Source: a virus (Duplodnaviria > Caudoviricetes). From it: a DNA stretch of 64,000 nucleotides. Every line of letters begins with the position of its first letter. Position 1 is the stretch's first letter. Shown here piece after piece: positions 9,469-19,547 of this stretch. The stretch lies in the IMG/VR virus record IMGVR_UViG_3300027759_000006, positions 1,165 through 65,164 of that record; one strand, given 5' to 3'. Under the pieces are notes generated by a model, which saw only the letters and a list, made by a program, of their open reading frames with translations, was not told the origin of the DNA and searched no databases. Position numbers and translations under genes: made by a program.

Positions 9469-11475
9469 ATGGCGCTGTTTATAAACGAATATGGGGACTA
9501 CGAAGATGACGGCATGGGCGACCCCAATGACTTCACAATCATAGACCCCGGCGTTTTTACTGGCGGAGCGGACCCCGGAGACCCAGGAGACCCGGCAGAC
9601 CCCGGTACATTTACTGGGGGAGTGGACCCAGGAGACCCAGGCCCCACCCCTGGGGATTACGGCGATGTCGCCAATGAAGATTGGGACAAATATCGTGCCC
9701 GGATTGAAGTCCTTCGGCCCGGTGCAACTATTGATGACCAAAAAGAATTTAATACTTGGGCCAAAGCCAAAGGTATTGCACAAAGTACTATAGATAGCCT
9801 CAAGACCGCGTTCAAAAAGCCTGACGGGTCCATCAATTGGTCTGCGCTTGGCGGTGTCGCCGGGGCCTTGTCGTCTGTGACTGGGCTAGGCCAACAGAAA
9901 GTTACTGGCGGGTATGCCGGGAGCATCCCAAACTACGCCGTATCCAAGGCAGCTATTAACTACAACGACCCAAACCGTCGGCCTGGGGCTTCAGGGCGCG
10001 ACTACTTTACCGCCCCCAGGTATGCAACAAACCAAGCGGATTTGAATGCCGCAAACACGGCCACTGCCGCAGACGCGCAAGGCATTTTGAGCGGGTACAA
10101 AAAGACCACGGCAGACGAAGCTGCAAACCCATATACCAAAGCAGGCGTTACGGCGTTGGCAACACCTTGGGCTAAAACAAGCACCGCCACGGAGGCTGCA
10201 CCTACTACCACTGCGGGCGCATCTAGCGTAAAGTCCATGCTGCCTACCCCGGAAGATGCAATCGCGTGGTACAAGCAAAACTCACCTTACAACGGACCTA
10301 AAACTATGGCAAGCGGCGGCATATTGAACATGGCAAAAGGGCGTTATTTGCAGGGCCCCACTGATGGCATGGCAGATAAACTGCCTGCGCACATTGACAA
10401 TGACCAGCCTGCGGCTTTGAGCCATGGCGAGTTTGTGGTTCCTGCGGATGTCGTGTCTCACTTGGGCAACGGCAACAGCGACGCTGGTGCAAAGAAGTTG
10501 TACCAAATGATGGACCGCATCCGCGAAGCCCGCACAGGTACTAAAAAGCAGGGTAAGCAGATCAATCCGGACAAATTTATGCCCGGCGGAATCGTAGGCT
10601 ACTCTTCTGGCGGGGGCGTTCAGCGCTTTGTTGGGGGTGGTACTCCTACCGCTGCCGATACTTCGACTGCTTCCACGCTGTCGCCTTGGGTTGGGGACTA
10701 TGTAACCAGCACCCTGGGCAAAGCGCAATCGCTGGCTGACCAGCCATACCAAGCGTACAAAGGGCCCCTGACTGCCGGACCTTCTGATCTGCAACAACAA
10801 GCGTTTGCAGGTGCCAGCAACTTGGCCACTACTGGGTACACCCCAACGACCTACACAGGCGGTATTTTTGACGCTAACGCGGCAAAACAGTACATGAACC
10901 CATACTTGTCGTCGGCGCTCAACCCACAACTGCAAGAGCAACAGCGGGTGGCGGACATTGCCCGGGTAGCTGATGCTGGCCGGTTGACTCAAGCTGGGGC
11001 CTATGGCGGCGGGCGGCAGGCAATCATGGAGTCTGAGGGTCGCCGTAACTTGCTGGACAAGCAATCTTCACTGATCGGCCAGGGATACAACACGGCCTAC
11101 GACAAAGCCATGGCTCAGTACAACGCAGACCAGCAACGCCGGTTGGACGCAGAGAAGTCCGGTGAAGCTTCACGCCAATATAGCGCTAACTACGGGCGCG
11201 ATACGCTCAAGGATTTGGCTGGGCTGGGTGCCACGCAGCGCGACATTGAGCAGCAAGGCATTACCGCCGACGAGAAAGAGTTTGAGAAGCAGCGCGACTG
11301 GGACAAGCAGATGCAGCAATACAAGTTGTCACTGCTGGACAAGCTGCCGATTTCCACGGCGGTCAATACGGCCAATACCAACCCCCTGCTGAGTTTGATT
11401 CAGTCCAGCACGGGCACCGCTGACTTCTTGAAGAAGTGGAATGAAATCTTTAACCCTACGCCCCCAGCTAAGTAA
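9469..11475 (+). CDS. putative DNA ejection/pilot protein with tape-measure-like GEFV domain
   Basis: DPGDPG N-terminus; GPTDGMADKLPA...LSHGEFVVPADVV domain; YMNPY, GAYGGGR and Q-rich C-terminal half typical of ejection proteins. Confidence 0.75.
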   Translation: MALFINEYGDYEDDGMGDPNDFTIIDPGVFTGGADPGDPGDPADPGTFTGGVDPGDPGPTPGDYGDVANEDWDKYRARIEVLRPGATIDDQKEFNTWAKAKGIAQSTIDSLKTAFKKPDGSINWSALGGVAGALSSVTGLGQQKVTGGYAGSIPNYAVSKAAINYNDPNRRPGASGRDYFTAPRYATNQADLNAANTATAADAQGILSGYKKTTADEAANPYTKAGVTALATPWAKTSTATEAAPTTTAGASSVKSMLPTPEDAIAWYKQNSPYNGPKTMASGGILNMAKGRYLQGPTDGMADKLPAHIDNDQPAALSHGEFVVPADVVSHLGNGNSDAGAKKLYQMMDRIREARTGTKKQGKQINPDKFMPGGIVGYSSGGGVQRFVGGGTPTAADTSTASTLSPWVGDYVTSTLGKAQSLADQPYQAYKGPLTAGPSDLQQQAFAGASNLATTGYTPTTYTGGIFDANAAKQYMNPYLSSALNPQLQEQQRVADIARVADAGRLTQAGAYGGGRQAIMESEGRRNLLDKQSSLIGQGYNTAYDKAMAQYNADQQRRLDAEKSGEASRQYSANYGRDTLKDLAGLGATQRDIEQQGITADEKEFEKQRDWDKQMQQYKLSLLDKLPISTAVNTANTNPLLSLIQSSTGTADFLKKWNEIFNPTPPAK

Positions 11476-11484
11476 GGACCAACA

Positions 11485-13491
11485 ATGAACCTCGACCACC
11501 TTGACGAATTGTTGCAGTATGTGCCTGAGCCGATGCTGGATGCGTACTCTAAAGGCAAGAACCCCAGAGTAGTTCCGCCTTGGGCGGCTGCGGCAGCTTT
11601 GAGTGAGAAAGTAGCTGAGAAGCAGGCTAACACTGTTGCGCAGGGCGCAGCCCAAGGCCCCCAGCCAAGCGTTATGGACCAGCTTCGCCAAAAAGCCGCT
11701 ACGCTTAATACTCAGGCGCAGATGCAACAGAGCCAAGGCCAAGGCGGACTGCCCGGGATGCTCCCCCAACCCCGTATGCAGCCACAAGCAGAACCCGACG
11801 TTCAGATGGCCGCATCGGGCGGCTTGATGGGTGTGCCTGTGCGCGGTGATATGTTTGGCATGGCCGGTGGCGGCATTGTCAGTTTTGAGGCTGGCGGTAG
11901 CAGCGCGGACGCCATTCTGCGTGCGTATTTAAAAGAAAAAGGGATAACTACGGGGGAGTTTGCTAACTTGTCGCCCGACGAGCAACGCGCCGAGCGGGTA
12001 AAAGCTGGGGCTGTGCTTCCTGAAACTGCGCCATCCGACTCGACAAAACCCAAAACTGCCAGGGCTCCCACCATGACGGAGCGTGGCATCAGAGGCATAA
12101 GTTCTGCTGGTAGTGCTGTAAATACGGGCGCTAATGCAGCAAGCGGAATGTTGAATAAAGCCGCAGGACCGTTAGCCGCCGCTTCGCTTTTGCCTGAGTT
12201 GTACGGCACATCTCCAGAAGAAGTGGCAACGCTTAAAGCAGCGGAAAAACCCAACGCTGTTGGGAGAGACACCCCTGACCAAAACATGGTTGAGCGGCTT
12301 ATTACTGGTCTGTTTTCTCCCAAAAAGGTTGAGCGCCCGCCTGTTGATTACGGGAATACTGGCAACTACGGCAATGAAGGCCGCGCATACCCACAACCCA
12401 ACGTGAGTGCTGGGGAGGGCGCAAAGCAAGCGGAGTACGCACGGCTGATTAAGCAAGGTATGCCCCCTGAGATGGCAGCAAAAGCGGCGGGTATGTCTAC
12501 CGCTACGCCAGCAGCCGCCGCTCCAAAAACCGGGTTGCCCGGAATGCTTCAGCAACGTCCTGTTGCCGCTGGTCCCAGCGCTGGCCCTGCCGCTACTGGT
12601 GGTTCTGGTGCCTTGGATACCTACAACAAAGACCCGGCAGTTGCATTTGCTCGGAACTACTTGTCTGAGTCCCCAACGCTTCCCGCTGTGACCAAAGACT
12701 TTGGGGAGTATCAACAGCAACAGGAAGCCAAGCTGCGTCAGGCAGGCGTCAAGCCTGGGGAGGCTCCGTGGGAGCTTGCCCAAAAAGACATGGCTGAGAT
12801 TCAAGCCCGTCGCGCCAAAGAAGATGCCGCACGGGAAAAGACCAAAGAAGGCCGCTCTTGGGATGAACTCATGGAGTTTTCTTCTGGCTTGACTGGCAGC
12901 AACTTCGGTGCTGGCATGGCCCGTGGTAGCAAGGCTTCGCGTGAGTTGCGCCAGAAGTTCCAAGCGGACGACGAGTCATATGCCAAGATGCGCGATGAGC
13001 AAGACACGAAGCTCAAAGAGATGAACCGTCTGGCCATGGGTGCCAAGTTCGATCTGGCCAATGGTCGCATCAAAGAGCACGACCAGAAACTGGCTAAACG
13101 TGACGAACTCATGGCGGACTACAGGAAGAACCAAGCTACTCTGGCTGGAAGCATATCCACTGGGGCAGCTACGGCTGCGGCGGCAGATCAAACTGCGGCA
13201 GGACAACGGTACGCAGCTCAGCTTCAGGCGATCACCAGCAGAGAAGCCAACACCCGGGCGGACAAAAGGTTGCAAGTGGATAGCCTTAAAGCGCTGGAGT
13301 CCAACCTTCTGACTGAGCTAAACAAATATGGCACGTTACTTCCCGCCGACAAAAAACAACGCGCTGCTTTGCAGCCTCTACTGGACGACATTCGTAGGTC
13401 CCTTGCCGCAGTAGGCGGATATACAATGCCCCAGACCCCCGGCGCAGGACGCCCCGGCGGCGCAAAATTCTTAAACTACGAGACGAAATAG
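11485..13491 (+). CDS. putative internal virion/ejection protein
   Basis: 668 aa, Ala/Gln-rich and helical; AAGGA RBS; three xxxGG motifs near the N-terminus. Confidence 0.7.
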   Translation: MNLDHLDELLQYVPEPMLDAYSKGKNPRVVPPWAAAAALSEKVAEKQANTVAQGAAQGPQPSVMDQLRQKAATLNTQAQMQQSQGQGGLPGMLPQPRMQPQAEPDVQMAASGGLMGVPVRGDMFGMAGGGIVSFEAGGSSADAILRAYLKEKGITTGEFANLSPDEQRAERVKAGAVLPETAPSDSTKPKTARAPTMTERGIRGISSAGSAVNTGANAASGMLNKAAGPLAAASLLPELYGTSPEEVATLKAAEKPNAVGRDTPDQNMVERLITGLFSPKKVERPPVDYGNTGNYGNEGRAYPQPNVSAGEGAKQAEYARLIKQGMPPEMAAKAAGMSTATPAAAAPKTGLPGMLQQRPVAAGPSAGPAATGGSGALDTYNKDPAVAFARNYLSESPTLPAVTKDFGEYQQQQEAKLRQAGVKPGEAPWELAQKDMAEIQARRAKEDAAREKTKEGRSWDELMEFSSGLTGSNFGAGMARGSKASRELRQKFQADDESYAKMRDEQDTKLKEMNRLAMGAKFDLANGRIKEHDQKLAKRDELMADYRKNQATLAGSISTGAATAAAADQTAAGQRYAAQLQAITSREANTRADKRLQVDSLKALESNLLTELNKYGTLLPADKKQRAALQPLLDDIRRSLAAVGGYTMPQTPGAGRPGGAKFLNYETK

Positions 13492-13492
13492 C

Positions 13493-16400
13493 ATGCCAAT
13501 TGCTCGATTTCAAATGCCCGATGGGCGGATAGCGCGGTTTGAAATCCCTGCGGGCCTAAGCCCAGAGCAAGCGGAAGCGCTGATACAAGCGGAAATACCC
13601 AACATTCCGCCTTCCGCAAAGCAATCCTCGTTCTTCGGGGAGTTGCAACGCGGCATTGAGCAGCCGATATCCTCAATACGCACTGCGTTTGGTTCACTTA
13701 CCTCCCCCGAAGAAGCCGCCACTGCCGGGGTGGAGCGCAGCCAAGCTATAGCCGAAAAGACAGGCGAAGGGCCGTCCTTGGAGGCAGTCAAACGTGCGTA
13801 TGCTGACAAAGGGCTATTGAGTGCAGCGGGGGAAGTTGTTTCCCAAATACCTAAGGCTATTGCTGGACAAGGCGGTACGTTTGCAACTGCTGCTGGCGGG
13901 GCTCGTTTAGGTGCTGCGGCGGGCAGGCCGCTGGGCCGCATGGGATCGCTTGTTGGCGGGGGGCTCGGGGCTGCTACGGCGCTCATGCCCCAGATGTTTG
14001 GCTCAATGCAAGAACGCCAAGCCGCTGAGCAACAGGAGCGCGGAGAGCCGGTAAGCATCGACCAAAGTAAAGCGGCAGTAGCCGCTGTTGGGCAATCTGC
14101 TTTGGAAGGTGCTGGGCAGGCTTTGGTATTGGGTAAGGGGATTGTCAAGGGCATTCTTGGTATTACCGATGATGCCGCCCTTATGACTGCCAAAGCGCAG
14201 GCTAAGTTGGTCCAAGAAGCTGAGCGTTCTCTGGCCGCAGCCACAGGGCGTGGAGTTGCGCGAGGCGCTACAGAAATGCCCATTGAAGTTGGCCAAGCTA
14301 TTTTGGAACGGTGGCAGGCAGGCTTGCCGCTCACCGGGGATGACGCATACAAAGAGTACGCTGAGAACGCCTACGGCGCGGCAATCGTTGGGGGCCCAAT
14401 TGGCGGAGCCACCGGGGCATTGTCCAGAGGGCAAGCCCGAGACCAACTGTTGGCCAAACCTGAAAAAGCTCCGGGGGGTTTACCCCCACCCCCTCCAAAT
14501 ATATCGCCTGAAGCTCCCCCGGGAACCCAAGGCGAATTGTTCACTCCAGAGCAGCTTGCGGGTGTGGAGCGCGGCAAGGCCGCTGGGATAGCGCCAACAG
14601 ACATCCCGCCCCAAAGCGCCCGCCCTGCGGAAGTTGAGCCTACAGGTGAGCAGTTGGGTCTGGGGCTTGAGGGCACCCGTGAGTATGCTGATCTGGTCAA
14701 AGAGCGTGAGCGCTTGAAGCGCATGCCAAAAACTCCAGAAGTCCGGGCCCGCATTGACGACCTGACTGAGCAACTCAAAGGCCGCAACCTGTACGAGATT
14801 GACCAAATCCGTGCCCGGCAGGAAGAAGACGCAGCAGCCCGAAAGGAGTTCCCCGGGTTGGCAGAGACTGCGCCTATCGTGCCCCGTGGGCAGGCCGACT
14901 TGTTCACCGAGGAAGAAGCCCCCGTGCCGACAGACCGTGCACAGGGTCCAACACAAGAGCCGATTGCCGAACCCACCCTGCGGGAAAAAGGCCCCAAGCA
15001 GCTTACCCTGCCACTGCGGCGCACCCCAGAAGGCCAACCCACTACGTTTGGCCAGCCCGAACCCACCATTACCGCCGAAGAGATCATGCTCACGGCCATT
15101 CCTTTGCAGCCCGGACCGGCAGCATGGGTTATGAAAAACGTTGCGGGAACCACCCGGTCACAGCTTGCAGACCTTGTAAAGCGCCAACCTGACCTCATCC
15201 AAGGTCCTGGTAGTCGCGCTCGTTTGTTGCGCACACTGCTTGCAACTGATGTACCTGCTTTTGAAGAGGCCCCCCGTGTACGTACCCCAAATCGCCCGAA
15301 ACCTGCAACTCAGCCAGTCGTTGAGCCCGGAGTTAGTGAGCCAAGCGTGGGAGTTCCTAGTGAGCCTGCCGCTGGACCATCCGCAAATCCACCTCGCGTT
15401 GCCCGACCCCCCAGAAAACTTGCGACACCTGTCGGCGGCAGACTGGCTGCTACTGGACAACCTGTTAGCCCGAGAGTTGAACCTCAAGGACCACAGCCCG
15501 GTGCATTGACTGAACCGGACATTGAAGAGGCAGACCGCAAAGCGGAAGCCGAGCGCATGCGCATCGCCATGGCGGGGGCGGCAAAGCCAAGCCGCCCAAC
15601 TCCGCAGACACCCGCAGAACCCCGCCGCACAGCGCAGCCCACCCGTGAACTGCCTGAGCGCATGAGAGAGCCGATCGGCGCGTCTGACTTTGGTATGGAG
15701 GAGGGTGAGGTTGATATCACCCGTGGCCCACAGGGCATGCTGTTCCCCATGACCAAGGCAGAAGAAGCTGCCTACGGCAGAAAGAAACAAGCCGAGCGTG
15801 ATGCTGAGATCACCGCAGAGGAAGAGACCACGCCCGCCCCAGAAAAAGACGAACGGCAGGGCGAATTGGACTTGCGTGAGCGCGAAGAAGCGCCCACTCC
15901 GCCCAAAGAAGAACCAAAGCGCATCAGGACTGCGCTGTCTATGGTCAAAGACATTGACGGCAAGAATTTGATTGACGTTGCCGAGTGGGCAGTCACTAAT
16001 ATGCCTGATGCAGACCAGCGAATCATTGCGCAACGAATTGCGGACACTTTGCGGGAGTTGCAGAAAGTCGGGGTAAAGATTGGCAACCTTACAGTTCGTC
16101 CACCGACCAGTCCAATTCCCGGGACCTATAGCGGCGGAGCCCGAGGCCGCGCTTCGCTAACCCAAAACAAAGGAATGACTGTATCGTCCGAAGTTGAAGT
16201 TGAAGTCAACCATCCAGATACTGATCCAGAAGGAAAATACAACGGCGTTAAGCCGGAAGTTATTTTGCACGAGCTTGTGCACGCCGCCACAATGAGTTCA
16301 TTGAGAGTTGGTAATTTCCGTTCCGCCGCTAACACCGCTTTAGGCAAGCATGTGTCCGATATGTACGACTTGGCCCAGGCCATATTCAATCATGTGGATG

Positions 16401-19312
16401 CCAAGCACGCGCGGGGCGAAACGTTGAATGCCACAGAGAAGTTACTGCGTACCCGCTACATGCGTGATGTTGACGAGGTGTTGGCGTGGGGCATGACCAA
16501 CCGGGATATGCAGGACTACATGGAGACGGTGCCGTACAAAGGCTCCAACATGTGGGACAAGTTTGTCACCCTTATTCGTGACATCTTGGGGATACCCGCC
16601 AAGGCAGACACGGCGCTGTCCGAACTGCTGCGCATCGGCGGAGCCCTCACTGGGCTGAAAGGTGCCGAGTTGGGCGAGGCTACCAAAGCATCAGGCAAAC
16701 AGTTCTCCCTGGCCCCCAGCACCGAAGCCTTGGTGGATGCCATGGGCCCGCTGGACGGACAACAGAAGTCTGGTTTGACCAACCTCATCAACGGGTTTAA
16801 GCAACAGGGCGCTGAGCCAAGCTTGGGTACCAAATTCCGCACACAGACGGCAGACATTGCTGCCACCATCGAGAGCCGTATCTCCAATCAGTTCAATGGC
16901 GCGGTGCGCGATTCGTTGGGCAAACTCAACCCCATGGGGTTGTACCGGCAAGCACAGGACTACACCAAGATGCTGCTGTCCTACTTGCAGCGCGGTGGCT
17001 TTGTGAAAGACCCGATCACTGGCCTGTGGGTTGTGAGCAATGTGCCTGGAGTGCGCCCGCCTGCGGATATCTACAAGATGATTGGCGATTGGGGCAAGCG
17101 CAACGGCTACTCACAGGAAAAAGCCACGCAATACGCCAGCCGCGTCCTGGAGGCAGTGCGTTTGGACCAACTGCTCAAAGCGGACCCAGACTTCCCCAGC
17201 CACATGGACGCGCAGACCAGGGCCGCGCTTGTAGCGGAATACAGCGCAGACCCGGCATTCAAAGCCATGAACAAGCTCATGGACGAAGCGCGTATTGCCA
17301 TGGTGGACAACTTGGTTGCCGTGGGCAGGCTCTCCCCCGAAAAAGGTAAGGAGTGGAAGGACGTGGTTGGGTATGTGCCGTTCGATCGCATCGATGACTT
17401 TGCAGAAAAGTTTAGCAAGTCCAAGCGCACCACCGGGCGTTCTCCCCTAATGCTTACCAAAGACCCTGAGCTTCGCGGCTCCCTGTCTCGTCCGGTCGGC
17501 AATGTGTTCGACAACTACATGAACACCCTGGGATGGATGGTTGGCCAGACCGTCAACAACGATGCCCGGACGCAAACACTGCGCACCCTGGAGGATATGG
17601 GTCAGGCCAAGTTCCTGCATCGCAGCCCACAAGGCAAAGCAAACACTGCCAGCGCATATGTGGATGGGGAACTCAACTACTGGGAACTGCCAAGCAAGTA
17701 CGACGTGCTGGCATTCAAAGACCTCAACGCGCCCAAGGCGGCATGGTTGCAGAACTTGGGAGCCTTCTCCAATGTGCTGCGCACCACCGTGACGGCCATG
17801 CCTCCGTTTGCGCTCAAGCAGTTGACAGACGATATTCAGCGGGCGATCGTTACCTCCGGGGTGAAGAGCCCAGGGGCGCTCCTGTACATGTCGCTGACCA
17901 ACTTCCCCAAGCTGGCGTTCGCCGCTCTGCGCGGCATCAAGCACCCGGTCGAGAAAGAACTGGGGGCTATGGGCATAGCGGGCGCATATGACTTTGTACA
18001 GGGCAAGCCCGCAGCTTCATTGCTGTCTGAGTTGGGCTACAAGCCACGCGGCTTTGTCAAAGAACTTTTGCACAGACTCAACGAGTTCACCCAGGCATCT
18101 GACTTGGCAGTGCGCAAGGCCATCTACGACCAGACCATCAAAGAGAGCGGCGACCAACTGTTGGCGCAGACTCGGGCCCGTGAGTTCATCAACTTCCGCC
18201 GCCGTGGAGCCAGCGACTTTGTTGGGGCCATGGTCACCACCATTCCCTTCTTCAACGCATATGTGCAGGGTATGGACGTGCTGTACCGCGCCGCATCAGG
18301 CGCAGACTCAAGTTCCTCAGTGGGCCGGGCCGAGGCCCGCAAACTGTTCTGGAACCGGGCGGCAGTGGTCACTGCACTCAGCGCCATGTATGCCCTGGGT
18401 AAGGACGAGGACGATGAGGATTACGCCGAAGCTGACCTGCGTACCCGCGACAGCAACTGGTTCATTGGGGGCCAGAAGCTATCTGTGCCGGGCGAACTGG
18501 GCGCTATCTTCAAGGTCATCCCCGAGCGTGTTGTGGAGTACTACAAACGCCAGGGCACACCTGAGGAGCAGGAAGCCTTTGAGGCTATGCGCACTGGCCT
18601 GACGTTCATATTTGAGCAGTACGTTGGCCGGGTAACTCCCATACCGCAGGCAGTTAAGCCCTTGCTGGAAGCATTCACCAACCACTCGTTCCTCACTGGG
18701 CGCGAACTGGAAGGTACCCACCACAAGCAGATGCTGCCAAGCCAACGCCGGTCTGCGGGCACAAGTGAGTTGGCCATCCAATTGGCTGAGTTTGCTAAGA
18801 ACAACGTGGGTGTTGAGGTGTCCCCCATCATGCTGGACAACGCCATGCGCGGGTACTTCGGGTCAACGGCGGCACTGGTTACTGCAACAACCGACAGCTT
18901 GCTCAATCCATCCAGAGTGGACCGCCCCTTGCACAAGTGGGCCTTGCTCAGCAACTACATGATCGACCCCGTGGGCACTCGGCGTATCACTGAGTTCTAC
19001 GAGGAGCGTGAGCGCGTTGGGAAGTTGCAGACGACCCTTAACGACTTGGCCAAGACCGACATGGCGGCGGCAGAGAGGTTTGTGGCTGAGCATGAGCAAG
19101 CCCTGGCACTCAACCCGTACATCAACTCCACCCTGGAGCAGCTTGAGAAGACCCGGGCCTACCGCAAGTATCTCAACAGTGCCGATGGTGCCCAGGAAAT
19201 GTCCAAAGAAGATCGGGCACAGGAGCTTGAGGAAGTACGCAAGTATGAGGTGGAGTTGACCAAGTGGTTGCGCGAAGCCAAGACTGAGATTCGCAAACAG
19301 TATCCTAAGTAA
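13493..19312 (+). CDS. large polyvalent ejection protein (zincin HExxH plus LPD38-like C-terminus)
   Basis: 1939 aa; VILHELVHAAT; PFFNAYVQG, IPQAVKPLLE.FTN.SFLTGR, SPIMLDN.MRGYFG. Confidence 0.8.
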   Translation: MPIARFQMPDGRIARFEIPAGLSPEQAEALIQAEIPNIPPSAKQSSFFGELQRGIEQPISSIRTAFGSLTSPEEAATAGVERSQAIAEKTGEGPSLEAVKRAYADKGLLSAAGEVVSQIPKAIAGQGGTFATAAGGARLGAAAGRPLGRMGSLVGGGLGAATALMPQMFGSMQERQAAEQQERGEPVSIDQSKAAVAAVGQSALEGAGQALVLGKGIVKGILGITDDAALMTAKAQAKLVQEAERSLAAATGRGVARGATEMPIEVGQAILERWQAGLPLTGDDAYKEYAENAYGAAIVGGPIGGATGALSRGQARDQLLAKPEKAPGGLPPPPPNISPEAPPGTQGELFTPEQLAGVERGKAAGIAPTDIPPQSARPAEVEPTGEQLGLGLEGTREYADLVKERERLKRMPKTPEVRARIDDLTEQLKGRNLYEIDQIRARQEEDAAARKEFPGLAETAPIVPRGQADLFTEEEAPVPTDRAQGPTQEPIAEPTLREKGPKQLTLPLRRTPEGQPTTFGQPEPTITAEEIMLTAIPLQPGPAAWVMKNVAGTTRSQLADLVKRQPDLIQGPGSRARLLRTLLATDVPAFEEAPRVRTPNRPKPATQPVVEPGVSEPSVGVPSEPAAGPSANPPRVARPPRKLATPVGGRLAATGQPVSPRVEPQGPQPGALTEPDIEEADRKAEAERMRIAMAGAAKPSRPTPQTPAEPRRTAQPTRELPERMREPIGASDFGMEEGEVDITRGPQGMLFPMTKAEEAAYGRKKQAERDAEITAEEETTPAPEKDERQGELDLREREEAPTPPKEEPKRIRTALSMVKDIDGKNLIDVAEWAVTNMPDADQRIIAQRIADTLRELQKVGVKIGNLTVRPPTSPIPGTYSGGARGRASLTQNKGMTVSSEVEVEVNHPDTDPEGKYNGVKPEVILHELVHAATMSSLRVGNFRSAANTALGKHVSDMYDLAQAIFNHVDAKHARGETLNATEKLLRTRYMRDVDEVLAWGMTNRDMQDYMETVPYKGSNMWDKFVTLIRDILGIPAKADTALSELLRIGGALTGLKGAELGEATKASGKQFSLAPSTEALVDAMGPLDGQQKSGLTNLINGFKQQGAEPSLGTKFRTQTADIAATIESRISNQFNGAVRDSLGKLNPMGLYRQAQDYTKMLLSYLQRGGFVKDPITGLWVVSNVPGVRPPADIYKMIGDWGKRNGYSQEKATQYASRVLEAVRLDQLLKADPDFPSHMDAQTRAALVAEYSADPAFKAMNKLMDEARIAMVDNLVAVGRLSPEKGKEWKDVVGYVPFDRIDDFAEKFSKSKRTTGRSPLMLTKDPELRGSLSRPVGNVFDNYMNTLGWMVGQTVNNDARTQTLRTLEDMGQAKFLHRSPQGKANTASAYVDGELNYWELPSKYDVLAFKDLNAPKAAWLQNLGAFSNVLRTTVTAMPPFALKQLTDDIQRAIVTSGVKSPGALLYMSLTNFPKLAFAALRGIKHPVEKELGAMGIAGAYDFVQGKPAASLLSELGYKPRGFVKELLHRLNEFTQASDLAVRKAIYDQTIKESGDQLLAQTRAREFINFRRRGASDFVGAMVTTIPFFNAYVQGMDVLYRAASGADSSSSVGRAEARKLFWNRAAVVTALSAMYALGKDEDDEDYAEADLRTRDSNWFIGGQKLSVPGELGAIFKVIPERVVEYYKRQGTPEEQEAFEAMRTGLTFIFEQYVGRVTPIPQAVKPLLEAFTNHSFLTGRELEGTHHKQMLPSQRRSAGTSELAIQLAEFAKNNVGVEVSPIMLDNAMRGYFGSTAALVTATTDSLLNPSRVDRPLHKWALLSNYMIDPVGTRRITEFYEERERVGKLQTTLNDLAKTDMAAAERFVAEHEQALALNPYINSTLEQLEKTRAYRKYLNSADGAQEMSKEDRAQELEEVRKYEVELTKWLREAKTEIRKQYPK

Positions 19313-19547
19313 CGCGCCAGACCCGCACCCCATACCGCCCGTATTCACAACGGGCGCGTAGCTCCACCTCATAGCCAAGTGACCGCAGGGCGGGGCCCAG
19401 AGAAAGCTTTACCTGCCTGGGAGTTGCAGTGGTGGGCAGGAAAAACGATGCCCCCACGTTCAGCTTGTCCCAGTACACAAAGTACTCAACGCCGTGGACG
19501 ACTATGACACGCGGGTCAGACTGCAAGGTCAGAGAATGCGGTTTCAT
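19305..19547 (-). CDS. hypothetical protein (last gene of the replication arm)
   Basis: WDKLNVGASFFLP...YGVRVWRV pattern; overlaps primase end. Confidence 0.65.
   Translation of the reverse strand: MKPHSLTLQSDPRVIVVHGVEYFVYWDKLNVGASFFLPTTATPRQVKLSLGPALRSLGYEVELRARCEYGRYGVRVWRVT

Noticed and set aside
19305-19312. Expected bidirectional terminator at the convergence of the two arms
   Set aside because: The two genes overlap by 8 nt and no hairpin with a U tract is evident
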